Below are positions 18,881 through 27,980 of a DNA stretch of 64,000 nucleotides, one piece after another (positions within the stretch are counted from its first letter, which is position 1; the number at the start of each line of letters is the position of its first letter). The DNA comes from an uncultured bacterium (GTDB lineage Bacteria; Desulfobacterota; BSN033; UBA1163). The translations under genes and the position numbers were made by a program. Location of the stretch: positions 5,187-69,186 of the forward strand of contig CALIBK010000105.1 in the NCBI GenBank assembly GCA_938045955.1, written 5' to 3'. The notes below the pieces were generated by a model that saw nothing but the letters and a program-made list of their open reading frames with translations, was not told the DNA's origin and searched no databases.

Positions 18881-19858
18881 CTATTTTTTCATCTCTTTGA
18901 TCTTATCCTTGATGACCGGGACGATCTTGAAGAGATCGCCCACGATCCCGTAATGGGCGACGCTGAAGATCGGGGCCTTTGGATCCTTATTGATCGCAAT
19001 GATCGTCCCCGAACCCTTCATCCCTGCCACATGCTGAAAGGCACCGCTGATCCCGATGGCAATATAGACCTTGGGCTTTACGGTCTTTCCCGACGTCCCC
19101 ACCTGACAGGACTTGGGAAGCCACTTCTTATCCACCACAGGCCTTGAACAGGCCAGAGCCCCTCCAATCGAGTCCGCGAACTCCTTGACCAGAGGGATGT
19201 TTTCTGCGTCCTTGATCCCCCTTCCTACAGCAACCAGAATATCGGCCTGCGTGATATCGACCTCTCCCACCGAAGCCTCGACATACTCAATAAATCGCCT
19301 TCCCAGAACCTCATCACTGAGAGGGGAGGAGGTTGTGACAATCTCCCCCTCAATGGGCTTCTTCTCTTCCACCGAAAAGGCTCCCGATCGAAGAGTCACA
19401 AGATAAGGAGCCTTCCGAACAAAGGAGACCTCTGCATTGATCTTCCCTCCATAGATCTGACGGATAAGAGTAAAAGAATCATCTTTTGGTTCTATTCCGA
19501 TACAGTCGGTCGCAAGTGGCCAACCGAGCCTGATTGCTAAGGCAGGGACAAAATCCATTCCCTGAGCCGTGTGGCCGATTAGCGTAAGAAAGGGCTTTTT
19601 CTCTGAAAGAAACTGAAAGAGAACCCTCTCATAGGTCTCCGAATTGTAGAACTCGAGTCGATCGTCTTCGATGAGATAGACCCGATGGGCTTTTGATCGA
19701 AGGGCCTCTGCAAAAGGCTTTACGCCTTTTCCTAAAAGAACGACCGAAAGAGTCCCTTCCATAGCCTCGGCAAGCGATCTTCCCTTCGAGAGCATCTCCC
19801 AGGTGATATCCCTCAACTCCCCTCGACGATGTTCAGCGACCACCATGATCTCTTTCAT
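18881..19858 (-). CDS. etfA: electron transfer flavoprotein alpha subunit (EtfA)
   Basis: 325 aa; ETF-alpha FAD-binding C-terminal domain (PKVYIAIGISGAFQHVAGMKGSGTIIAINKDP...); start overlaps etfB stop (ATGA). Confidence 0.85.
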   Translation of the reverse strand: MKEIMVVAEHRRGELRDITWEMLSKGRSLAEAMEGTLSVVLLGKGVKPFAEALRSKAHRVYLIEDDRLEFYNSETYERVLFQFLSEKKPFLTLIGHTAQGMDFVPALAIRLGWPLATDCIGIEPKDDSFTLIRQIYGGKINAEVSFVRKAPYLVTLRSGAFSVEEKKPIEGEIVTTSSPLSDEVLGRRFIEYVEASVGEVDITQADILVAVGRGIKDAENIPLVKEFADSIGGALACSRPVVDKKWLPKSCQVGTSGKTVKPKVYIAIGISGAFQHVAGMKGSGTIIAINKDPKAPIFSVAHYGIVGDLFKIVPVIKDKIKEMKK

Positions 19859-20649
19859 CAGACAAGCCCTCCTTTATCCTTCAGAATCTCAAAGACCTTC
19901 GCTGCGACCTCCTCAGGTTTCCCCTCAAGTATCTGAGCCCCCTCCCCAACCAGAGGGAGAAAGAGCCTCTCAAGCCCGATATCCGAACCCTTAAGCCCAA
20001 CCTCCTCCTCTTTAAGCCCGAGATCAGAAAGCCCCCAAACCTTGATCTCCTTCTTTGCGACCTTCCGGATCCCCATAATCGAGACATACCGGGGCTCATT
20101 GATCCCTGTCTGAATGGTAAGAAGTGCTGGAAGCTTAACCTCCACCACCTCCTCCAATCCTCCCTCAAGCTCCCGATGAGCCCTGATCTTCCCATCCTCC
20201 ATTTCAACTCGGGTTACAATTGCCACATGAGAAAGACCGAGGAGCCTGGCGACCATCACCCCCACCTCTCCAAACCCATCATCCTCAGCCTGTGTTCCGG
20301 TAAGAATCAAATCATAAGGAAGCCTGCGGATTGCCTGTGCAAGAACCTTTGCTGTCGCAAACCCATCAGAACCCGAAAAGGCAGGATCCGTAAGCCGGAT
20401 CGCCTCATCCGCTCCCATGGCCAGACACTTCCTTAAAGACTCATTCGTATCCTCCCCTCCCATGGAGAGAACCGTCACCGTCCCCCCGAACCTCTCCTTG
20501 AGAAGAATCGCCTCCTCGATGGCATAACTGTCCCACTCATTGAGATCAAAGGCCAGTCCCGTCTTCTCAATATCTCGGCCCGATCGATCAATCGCAAGAT
20601 CCGCATCCGCCGTGTCCGGAACCCTCTTGATACAGACAATGATATTCAT
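19858..20649 (-). CDS. etfB: electron transfer flavoprotein beta subunit (EtfB)
   Basis: ORF track starts at a TTG (20655); the ATG at 20649 giving MNIIVCIKRVPDT matches the canonical ETF-beta N-terminus and has GAGGAGG RBS. Confidence 0.85.
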   Translation of the reverse strand: MNIIVCIKRVPDTADADLAIDRSGRDIEKTGLAFDLNEWDSYAIEEAILLKERFGGTVTVLSMGGEDTNESLRKCLAMGADEAIRLTDPAFSGSDGFATAKVLAQAIRRLPYDLILTGTQAEDDGFGEVGVMVARLLGLSHVAIVTRVEMEDGKIRAHRELEGGLEEVVEVKLPALLTIQTGINEPRYVSIMGIRKVAKKEIKVWGLSDLGLKEEEVGLKGSDIGLERLFLPLVGEGAQILEGKPEEVAAKVFEILKDKGGLV

Positions 20650-20668
20650 CACCAAGACCTCCTCTTTA

Positions 20669-23173
20669 TTATGAAATCTTCCCCCTCTTCGTTTCGATTC
20701 TTACCCACTTCGGCTCCCTTTCAGGATCCAAAGGGTGTGGAGAATAGAGTAAAAGAACCCCGGGCGATGGATTCCTTGAGAGATGAACCATAAACTCCAT
20801 CTCCCCTCCATCCGATGATAAAACCTTAACCCAATCCCCCTCCTCAATCCCGAGACTCCGGGCCTCCTCAGGGTTCATCTCCAAAACAGGTCTCTCCATG
20901 ACCTTTCGGAGATGCTCACTCCTCAGGCTCAAACTCCCCGACTGAAAGAGTGAAGGCCTCTCGATCAAGACATAAGGATATCCTTCAGGAGGAGCCTTCG
21001 TCTCAGGAGGAGAAAGAGGAACCAATCTTCGGAAAGGAAAATCCTCGATGGAGAGAAACCTCGCCCCTCGAGGCCACTGCCTCCCATCCTCAATCCCCTG
21101 ATAATACGAAACCTCCCTTTTTATCCCCTCCAGTACCTCAGATGGAGTCTCCCCCGGAAGAGAGACCTCAAAACGTTTCAGAAGATCCCGAAAGATCTCA
21201 AAGTCTGAACGAGACTGCCCCAGGGAAGCCCTGATGGGATGAAGTCCCTGAACCCTCCGCTCAAGACTCGTATAACTGCCCTCCTTCTCAACAAAAGAAG
21301 AGACCGGAAGCACGAGATCCGCCCTCTCAAGAAGGGCATTTGCGAAGAGATCCTGGACCACCAGAAACTCAAGCCCCTCCAATGAAGAAATGGGCCTTTC
21401 TCCAACCGCATAAAGCCCCTTGATCTGACCTCGAGAGATCTTCGATTCCATCTCCCGAAGACCCCCTCGAAGAAAAGGAATCTTCATATCCATTAATCCC
21501 TGAGTATTGCACCTCTCTAAAAGAAGAAGAATCCCCGTAGCCTCCCTTCCCAGATGCCCGGTGAGAAGAGCGAGATTCCCACAGAGAGTTCCTATCTGCC
21601 GGGCATAGGAATAAGACCACGAACCTGGACAGATAAGAATCATCGCACTTTTCGCCCGGGAAAGGCTCCTTACCGCCTCCCCGAGCAACTCCCTTGACTC
21701 AGGAGAAAGCCCGTTAAGAATTCTCAGATACTCATCCTTCCTCTCAAAAAGAGTCTCAAACCCTTCTGTATGATTATGAATAAACCCTACGTCCTGAAGC
21801 CCTTCCTCAAGAATCAAACCCACCATCCCGACGAGCAGTCTTACCTCCTCTCCTGGTCTGGAGGAGAGAAAGATCGAAGGAGGCTGAAGAGGGGAGAGCC
21901 GGGTCTTCTCACTAAGGGCAATGTCATAGCTTCCAAGGACAATAAGACGGGCACGATTCCTGCGAATCGCAAGATGCATCTCATTCTTCACAATCGGATG
22001 GGTCAGGGAAGGATCTCCCCCTACCACCAAAACCACATCCGAGCCACGAATCTCACCGATAGAGTTTGTCGAAACTCCATAACCTAAGACCTCAGAAAGT
22101 CCGTCCGAAAGACCAAAACCCGAAACCCCTCCATCCAGAACAATCTCACCAGTCCCTAATGTCTCAACAAAAAGCTTCCTGAAAAGATAATACTCCTCAT
22201 TGGTCAAACGAGAAGAGAGAAGAACTCCAATCCCTTCAGCTCCATGGCGCTCGCTAATCGATTCAAGACGGTGATAAACTACCCCCAAGGCCTCCTCCCA
22301 GGAGACCTCCCTGAGACTCCCATTGACCCTGAGAAGAGGGGATCTGAGCCTTTGAGAGGAATTCACAAAATCCCAGCCAAAACGACCCTTCACACAGAGA
22401 TTCCCATCATTGGAGCCTAAAAGAGGATCCGAATAAACCCTCTTAATCTCCCCTCCCTTGGAAGCGATCGTCAACAAACAGCCACAACCACAATAAGGAC
22501 AGGGAGTCGTCGTCTCCAGACACTCCCAGAGCTTCGTCCCATAATCAAAACACTCCGACGTAATGGCCCCAACCGGACAGGTATCCAGACACTGACCACA
22601 GAACTCACACCGAAGAGGACGATGGAAATCCGTATCAATCACACACCGAATCCCCCGACGGGTGAAAGAGAGCTCCCCAACCCCCTGAACCTCCTCACAG
22701 ATCCTCACACATCGACCACAAAGAATACACTTATTCCCATCCCGAAAAAGAAGTGGGGAGGAATCATCCACCGGATATCTGATCGGCTCCCAGGGATACT
22801 GAGTCTCCTGTAGACCATACTCATAGAGGAGCCTCTGAAGCTCACACTCCCCCTCCCTCTCACACCTCGGACAGATCATTGGATGATTAAGAAGAATGAG
22901 TTGAAGCTGAAGCCTGCGAGCATCCAGAACCCTCGGGGAATGAGTATAAACCTCCATCCCATCCCCTACAGGTGTAAAACAGGAAGGAAGAAGCTCAGAA
23001 CCCCCCTTTACCTCCACCACACAGAGCCGACAGGCCCCAAAAGGCAGAAGCCTCCTATCATCACAGAGAGTCGGAATCCGAATACCCACTGAACGGGCCA
23101 CCTCAAGAATCGTCCGACCCCTCTTTGCCTCCACCTCCATCCCGTCAATTATGAGCTTAATGCTCCCGGCCAT
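20669..23173 (-). CDS. NuoG-like 75-kDa-type subunit: N-terminal [2Fe-2S]/[4Fe-4S] ferredoxin domains fused to a molybdopterin-oxidoreductase-like domain (formate-dehydrogenase-alpha fold, apparently without catalytic Cys/Sec)
   Basis: 834 aa; N-term IKLIIDGMEVEAKRGRTILE...TLCDD..GACRLC (2Fe-2S), CxxCxxxC motifs, then MopB-like block DVVLVVGGDPSLTHPIV. Region aligning to the FDH Sec/Cys (CARVUHG) reads LDGGVSGFG, by eye only. Confidence 0.7.
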   Translation of the reverse strand: MAGSIKLIIDGMEVEAKRGRTILEVARSVGIRIPTLCDDRRLLPFGACRLCVVEVKGGSELLPSCFTPVGDGMEVYTHSPRVLDARRLQLQLILLNHPMICPRCEREGECELQRLLYEYGLQETQYPWEPIRYPVDDSSPLLFRDGNKCILCGRCVRICEEVQGVGELSFTRRGIRCVIDTDFHRPLRCEFCGQCLDTCPVGAITSECFDYGTKLWECLETTTPCPYCGCGCLLTIASKGGEIKRVYSDPLLGSNDGNLCVKGRFGWDFVNSSQRLRSPLLRVNGSLREVSWEEALGVVYHRLESISERHGAEGIGVLLSSRLTNEEYYLFRKLFVETLGTGEIVLDGGVSGFGLSDGLSEVLGYGVSTNSIGEIRGSDVVLVVGGDPSLTHPIVKNEMHLAIRRNRARLIVLGSYDIALSEKTRLSPLQPPSIFLSSRPGEEVRLLVGMVGLILEEGLQDVGFIHNHTEGFETLFERKDEYLRILNGLSPESRELLGEAVRSLSRAKSAMILICPGSWSYSYARQIGTLCGNLALLTGHLGREATGILLLLERCNTQGLMDMKIPFLRGGLREMESKISRGQIKGLYAVGERPISSLEGLEFLVVQDLFANALLERADLVLPVSSFVEKEGSYTSLERRVQGLHPIRASLGQSRSDFEIFRDLLKRFEVSLPGETPSEVLEGIKREVSYYQGIEDGRQWPRGARFLSIEDFPFRRLVPLSPPETKAPPEGYPYVLIERPSLFQSGSLSLRSEHLRKVMERPVLEMNPEEARSLGIEEGDWVKVLSSDGGEMEFMVHLSRNPSPGVLLLYSPHPLDPEREPKWVRIETKRGKIS

Positions 23174-23179
23174 CTCCTC

Positions 23180-25030
23180 TTACTCTATCGCCCCGAATCT
23201 GCAGGCCGTAATACAGGAACGACACCGAATACAACGCTCCGGATCAATCCTCGCAGGCTCCTTCTTCTCCCAGCTGATCGCCTCCACAGGACAGGCCTTC
23301 TTGCAAAGCCCACACATCTTACACTTCTCAGAATTGACCCTGAACCTGATCAGATTCACACAGACCAACGCAGGACAGCGCTTCTCCTCTATATGAGCCT
23401 CATACTCGGACCGAAAGTACCGAATCGTAGAAAGCACAGGATTGGGAGCCGTCTTTCCCAGTCCACAATGGGAAGTCTCTTTAATATGGTTTCCAAGACG
23501 CTCCAGAAGATCGATATCCTCAGCCCTTCCATCCCCGGAGACAATCCGATTCAAGAGATTGAGCATCACCTTCATCCCCACCCGACAGGGAACACACTTC
23601 CCACAGGACTCATCCACAGAAAACTCCGTGAAAAACCTCGCCGTATCCACCATACAGGTTCGATCATCCATCACCACCAGTCCCCCAGAACCCATCATCG
23701 CCCCAGCCTCATCGAGAGAATCAAAATCCACCTCCGTATCTAACAGAGATTCAGGCAAACAGGCCCCGGATGGACCCCCAATCTGAATTGCCTTAAACTG
23801 CCTCTTCTCCGGGATCCCCCCTCCTATTTCATAAATAATCGTTCGAAGCGTCGTTCCCATAGGAACCTCAATCAGACCCACATTTTGAACCGCCCCGGTC
23901 AGAGCAAAAACCTTCGTCCCCTTCGAACCCTTCGTCCCGAGCTCCGAAAACCACTTCCCCCCGTGAAGAAGAATACTCGGAACATTGGCAAACGTCTCCA
24001 CATTGTTGAGCACCGTAGGCTGCCCCCAGAGCCCTGCCTCTGTCGAACGAGGAGGCTTGATCCTCGGCATCCCACGCCTCCCCTCAAGCGAATACATCAG
24101 AGCCGTCGACTCCCCACAGACAAAAGCCCCGGCCCCCGGATAGATCTCAATATCAAAATCAAACCCCGCTCCCAAAATATCCCTCCCCAACACACCCCAC
24201 TTCCTTGCCTGATCAATCGCAATCGTAAGCCGATGAATCGCCAGAGGATACTCCGCCCGCACATAGATATAACCCTGATGAGAATCAATCGCATAACCAC
24301 AAATGATCATCCCTTCCAGAACCGCATGAGGATCCGCCTCAAGTATAGAACGATCCATAAAGGCACCCGGATCGCCCTCATCCCCATTGCAGATCACATA
24401 CTTCGGAAACGAAGCATACCTGCGTCCCTCCTCCCACTTCCTCCCGGTCGGAAAACCCGCACCCCCACGACCCCTCAGACCCGAAACCTTTACCTCCTCG
24501 ATCACCTCCTCAGGCCTCATCGAAGAAAGAACCTTCGCAAGCGCCGCATAGCCATCCCTCGCAATATAGTCCTCAATCCTCTCAGGATTGATCAAACTCC
24601 TATTCCTGAGCGCCCTCAAGACCTGATGACGAAAAAACGGAATCTCACCCATCAATGAGATCTTACTCTTCGACCGAGGATCTATATAAAGAAAATCCTC
24701 AACCGGCTTGCCCTTCACAAAATGCTCCTCCACCAGACGAGAAACATCCTCGGGTCTTAACTTCCGATAAAAGATCCCCTCAGGGTAAACCACCAGAATA
24801 GGACCCTCCGCACAAAAACCATTACACCCGGAGATAAAAACCCTCACCCTCTCCGTTAACCCACGACGATCAAGCTCCTCCTCAAGCCTTCTGCGAACCT
24901 TCAGAGAATTACAGGCAACACAGCCCGTACCCGCACAAACCATCAACCCATACTGACCCTCCCCCAAAACAAATGAAGGAGTAAGCGTTTTCCTCACCTC
25001 CGAAAGATTCTCGATCGTTAGGCGAACCAT
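23180..25030 (-). CDS. NuoF-like NADH-binding 51-kDa-type subunit with N-terminal thioredoxin-like [2Fe-2S] domain and C-terminal 2x[4Fe-4S] ferredoxin
   Basis: 616 aa; FMN/NADH motifs (GLRGRGGAGFPTGRKWEEG; CGESTALMYSLEG), [4Fe-4S] SxxC...CGKCVPCR, C-terminal CKMCGLCKKACP / CIRCRSCITACR. Confidence 0.85.
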   Translation of the reverse strand: MVRLTIENLSEVRKTLTPSFVLGEGQYGLMVCAGTGCVACNSLKVRRRLEEELDRRGLTERVRVFISGCNGFCAEGPILVVYPEGIFYRKLRPEDVSRLVEEHFVKGKPVEDFLYIDPRSKSKISLMGEIPFFRHQVLRALRNRSLINPERIEDYIARDGYAALAKVLSSMRPEEVIEEVKVSGLRGRGGAGFPTGRKWEEGRRYASFPKYVICNGDEGDPGAFMDRSILEADPHAVLEGMIICGYAIDSHQGYIYVRAEYPLAIHRLTIAIDQARKWGVLGRDILGAGFDFDIEIYPGAGAFVCGESTALMYSLEGRRGMPRIKPPRSTEAGLWGQPTVLNNVETFANVPSILLHGGKWFSELGTKGSKGTKVFALTGAVQNVGLIEVPMGTTLRTIIYEIGGGIPEKRQFKAIQIGGPSGACLPESLLDTEVDFDSLDEAGAMMGSGGLVVMDDRTCMVDTARFFTEFSVDESCGKCVPCRVGMKVMLNLLNRIVSGDGRAEDIDLLERLGNHIKETSHCGLGKTAPNPVLSTIRYFRSEYEAHIEEKRCPALVCVNLIRFRVNSEKCKMCGLCKKACPVEAISWEKKEPARIDPERCIRCRSCITACRFGAIE

Positions 25031-25033
25031 CTC

Positions 25034-25513
25034 TTACGAAAAACTCCGAATCGCCTCAAGGGCCTTCCTTAAATCGAGGCCCCCGAAGGTCTCCTGCCCA
25101 ACCGCCATCACCGGTGCAAGCCCACAGGCCCCAAGACAACGAACCGCCTCGAGAGAAAACCTCCGATCCCTCGTCATCCCCCCAACCTCCACCTCCAACT
25201 CTCGCTGCAAACCCTCCAGAATCTCCTTCGACCCTCGAACATAACAGGCCGTCCCTAAACAGACCCGAATCACATGCCTCCCCCTCGGATGAGTCGTAAA
25301 AAAAGAATAAAAAGAGACGACCCCGAATACCTGAGACGAAGAAAGATGAAGCCCCTCGGCCACCCTCTGCTGAACCCTCCGAGGAAGATACCCACAGATG
25401 TCCTGAACCTCCTTAAGAACCGGGATCAACGCCCCAGGCCTCCCCCGATACCGAGAAATCACCTGCTCAACCCTCTCCCACTCCTCCTTCGAAATCGTCT
25501 CAACCCACCTCAT
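25034..25513 (-). CDS. NuoE-like 24-kDa-type [2Fe-2S] thioredoxin-like ferredoxin subunit
   Basis: ATG at 25513 (track shows an upstream TTG) overlaps the stop of the preceding gene (ATGA); motif HVIRVCLGTACYVRGS...CLGACGLAPV. Confidence 0.8.
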   Translation of the reverse strand: MRWVETISKEEWERVEQVISRYRGRPGALIPVLKEVQDICGYLPRRVQQRVAEGLHLSSSQVFGVVSFYSFFTTHPRGRHVIRVCLGTACYVRGSKEILEGLQRELEVEVGGMTRDRRFSLEAVRCLGACGLAPVMAVGQETFGGLDLRKALEAIRSFS

Positions 25514-26661
25514 CAACCCACCACCTCAGCCAGTAACTCCACCAGATCCATCACCCGAACCCTATCCTCATAACCAGAAGTCTTCACCGCATCCTCCAGA
25601 GTCAATACACAAAGAGGACAGGCCGTAACCAATACCTCAGCCCCTAAGGCCACTGCATCCTGAACCCGCAACTCCGCAAGCCTCTGCCCCACGTCAGAAG
25701 AAGACTCCACCCACATCTTCCCCCCTCCACCCTCACAACAGAGACTCCTCTCCCTCGAACGATCCATCTCACGAAACTGAATCCCAGGAATAGAAGCTAT
25801 AAGCTCACGGGGAGGATCAAAAAGACCATTCTGCTTACCCAAAAAACAGGGATCATGATAGGTTACCACCTTCCTCAACTCACGATCAAAACGAATCTTC
25901 CCTTCCCGAAACGCACGAAGAAGAATCTCAGAACTATGAAAAACCTCAAACCTCCCCTGAGGATACTCATTGCGAAACGTATTCAACCCATGAGGACAGG
26001 TCGTAAAAAGCCGCTTCACCCCATAAGCCTCGAACACCTCGAGATTCCCATCCCGCAACTCCTCAAATAATCCCGCCTCCCCCATCCTCCGAATCTCATT
26101 ACCACAACACTGCTCCTCAATACCCAGAATCCCAAAATCGACCCCCGCACGATCCAAAAGAAAGACCATCGAGCGCGCAACCTCCTGAATCCGAGGATCC
26201 GAAGAAGCCGTACAACCCACAAAATAAAGATACTCCGCCCGCTCCCCACGGGAGAAATCCTTCACCCTCAATCCCTCCGGCAACTCCCTCAACCACTCCG
26301 TCCTCTTACTCTTCGACTTGCCCCACGGATTGCGATGCTTATAAGCATTCTCCATCGCCTCAATCAACGTCTTCGGAATCCTACCCTCCTCAACCAACAC
26401 CCCCCTTAATCCAATCACTAAATCCATGGGCTTAAGCCCACGAGGACACCGAAGCGTACACGTTTTGCACGTCGTACAATCCCAGATCTCCTCCCTCTCC
26501 CCAACCCGATCCAGAACCCTCCCCAAAACCCCCTCAATCATCAAACGACGAATATTTAACCTCGACTTCATCGCCACAGGACAACCCCCCGTACACTTCC
26601 CACACTGATAACAACCATAAAGATCATACTGCTGAGCAAAAGTGATTTTGTTGGGTTCCAT
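25513..26661 (-). CDS. HdrD/GlpC-like Fe-S oxidoreductase (2x[4Fe-4S] + two CCG cysteine-rich domains), soluble
   Basis: 382 aa; CYQCGKCTGGCP and CTTCKTCTLRCP ferredoxin motifs followed by two CCG repeats (CCGNE...CPHG; CFLGKQNG...CCEGGGG...CPLC); no predicted TM helices; RBS AAGGAG. Confidence 0.75.
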   Translation of the reverse strand: MEPNKITFAQQYDLYGCYQCGKCTGGCPVAMKSRLNIRRLMIEGVLGRVLDRVGEREEIWDCTTCKTCTLRCPRGLKPMDLVIGLRGVLVEEGRIPKTLIEAMENAYKHRNPWGKSKSKRTEWLRELPEGLRVKDFSRGERAEYLYFVGCTASSDPRIQEVARSMVFLLDRAGVDFGILGIEEQCCGNEIRRMGEAGLFEELRDGNLEVFEAYGVKRLFTTCPHGLNTFRNEYPQGRFEVFHSSEILLRAFREGKIRFDRELRKVVTYHDPCFLGKQNGLFDPPRELIASIPGIQFREMDRSRERSLCCEGGGGKMWVESSSDVGQRLAELRVQDAVALGAEVLVTACPLCVLTLEDAVKTSGYEDRVRVMDLVELLAEVVG

Positions 26662-26726
26662 TCAGATTAGACTCCTTCAAATTGGATTGCGATTTTATTC
26701 ACAATCTCATTCGTAACAAATTTATA

Positions 26727-27872
26727 TTATCCTTTCAATATTTCTCTCGAGATTACGATTCGCTGGACTTCTGAAGTTCCTTCGTAAAGGGTTGTTCCGA
26801 TAATATCTCTTAAATAGCGTTCCACGGGATAATCCTTTGTGTAGCCATAACCCCCCAACATCTGAACTGCCCGGATAGCAACGTTTCTTGCGGTCTCCGT
26901 AGCAAAGAGTTTGGCCATGGAGGCTTCCTTGGTAAAGGGCAATTTATTCTCCTTCAGATAGGCTGCCCGGAGGACAAGAAGTTGGGCTGCCTCTAACTCT
27001 GTGTAGGAATCTGCAATCATCCACTGAATCGCTTCAAAAGAAGAGAGGGGTTTCCCGAAGGCCTCACGCTCTTTCACGTATTCGGTGGCAAAATCGATGG
27101 CTGCAAATCCAACCCCAACAGCTAATGAACCAATGCCAATCCTTCCTCCATCAAGTTCCATCATGGCAATCTTAAATCCCTCTCCCTCCTTTCCAAGGAG
27201 ACAGTTCGCGGGTATGACGCAGTTGTCAAAGATCAATTCATTCGTTAAGGAGGCTCGGTGTCCCATCTTTTCTTCAGCTTTTCCTACAATAAAACCCGGA
27301 GTTCCCTTTTCTACCACAAAGGCGCTTATGCCTTTTCCTTTTTTGGCATTCCGATCCGTCACTGCCCAGGTGACGGTGACCCCTGAAGCTTCTCCACTTG
27401 TAATCAAGGTCTTTGACCCATTAAGAATATAGGTCTCCCCTTTGCGGACAGCGGTGGTTCGAATATTGGCAGCATCTGATCCTGTGTGAGGTTCTGTGAT
27501 GGCAAAAGAGCCCGCAGGATACTCTCCACTGCATAACTTTTTTACATGCTTCCTTTTTATCTCTTCCTCCCCGAATTCATAAATGACTTCAGCCACCATA
27601 TTGGTGACAGAGGTCGTGACTGCATGTGAAGCACATCCCTTTGCAATCTCTGTGATGGCCAGACTATAGGCAATCACTCCCACTTCGGAGCCCCCGTATT
27701 CCACAGGAATATTCATTCCCATTAATCCCAGCTCTGCCATCCGCTTTAGATTTTCATAGGGAAAAGTTTTCTCTTCGTCGTAGAGGGCAGCAACGGGTTT
27801 GATGTTCTTCTCCGTAAACTCCCTCACCATATCCCGAATCATTTCCTGCTCTGAAGTGAGCCTGAAATCCAT
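26727..27872 (-). CDS. acyl-CoA dehydrogenase (butyryl-CoA dehydrogenase-like)
   Basis: Start set at MDFRLTSEQEM (ATG 27872; an alternative upstream ATG at 27902 exists); motif LYEGTSEVQRIV. Confidence 0.8.
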   Translation of the reverse strand: MDFRLTSEQEMIRDMVREFTEKNIKPVAALYDEEKTFPYENLKRMAELGLMGMNIPVEYGGSEVGVIAYSLAITEIAKGCASHAVTTSVTNMVAEVIYEFGEEEIKRKHVKKLCSGEYPAGSFAITEPHTGSDAANIRTTAVRKGETYILNGSKTLITSGEASGVTVTWAVTDRNAKKGKGISAFVVEKGTPGFIVGKAEEKMGHRASLTNELIFDNCVIPANCLLGKEGEGFKIAMMELDGGRIGIGSLAVGVGFAAIDFATEYVKEREAFGKPLSSFEAIQWMIADSYTELEAAQLLVLRAAYLKENKLPFTKEASMAKLFATETARNVAIRAVQMLGGYGYTKDYPVERYLRDIIGTTLYEGTSEVQRIVISREILKG

Positions 27873-27980
27873 CTTTTTATTCAAAAGGGTCCGAGGATGC
27901 AAGGGTCAATGGATTCAAGTAGCAGCACCCTATAGAGATTTTTCTCTTGACCCCCTGGAGCCTCGACTCCTTAACCCCTT

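Noticed and set aside
20669-23173. Possibility that the NuoG-like gene is a selenocysteine or cysteine formate dehydrogenase catalytic subunit
   Set aside because: No in-frame TGA, and the segment aligning by eye with the FDH Sec/Cys ligand lacks Cys. Treated as an electron-transfer NuoG-like subunit, pending profile alignment.
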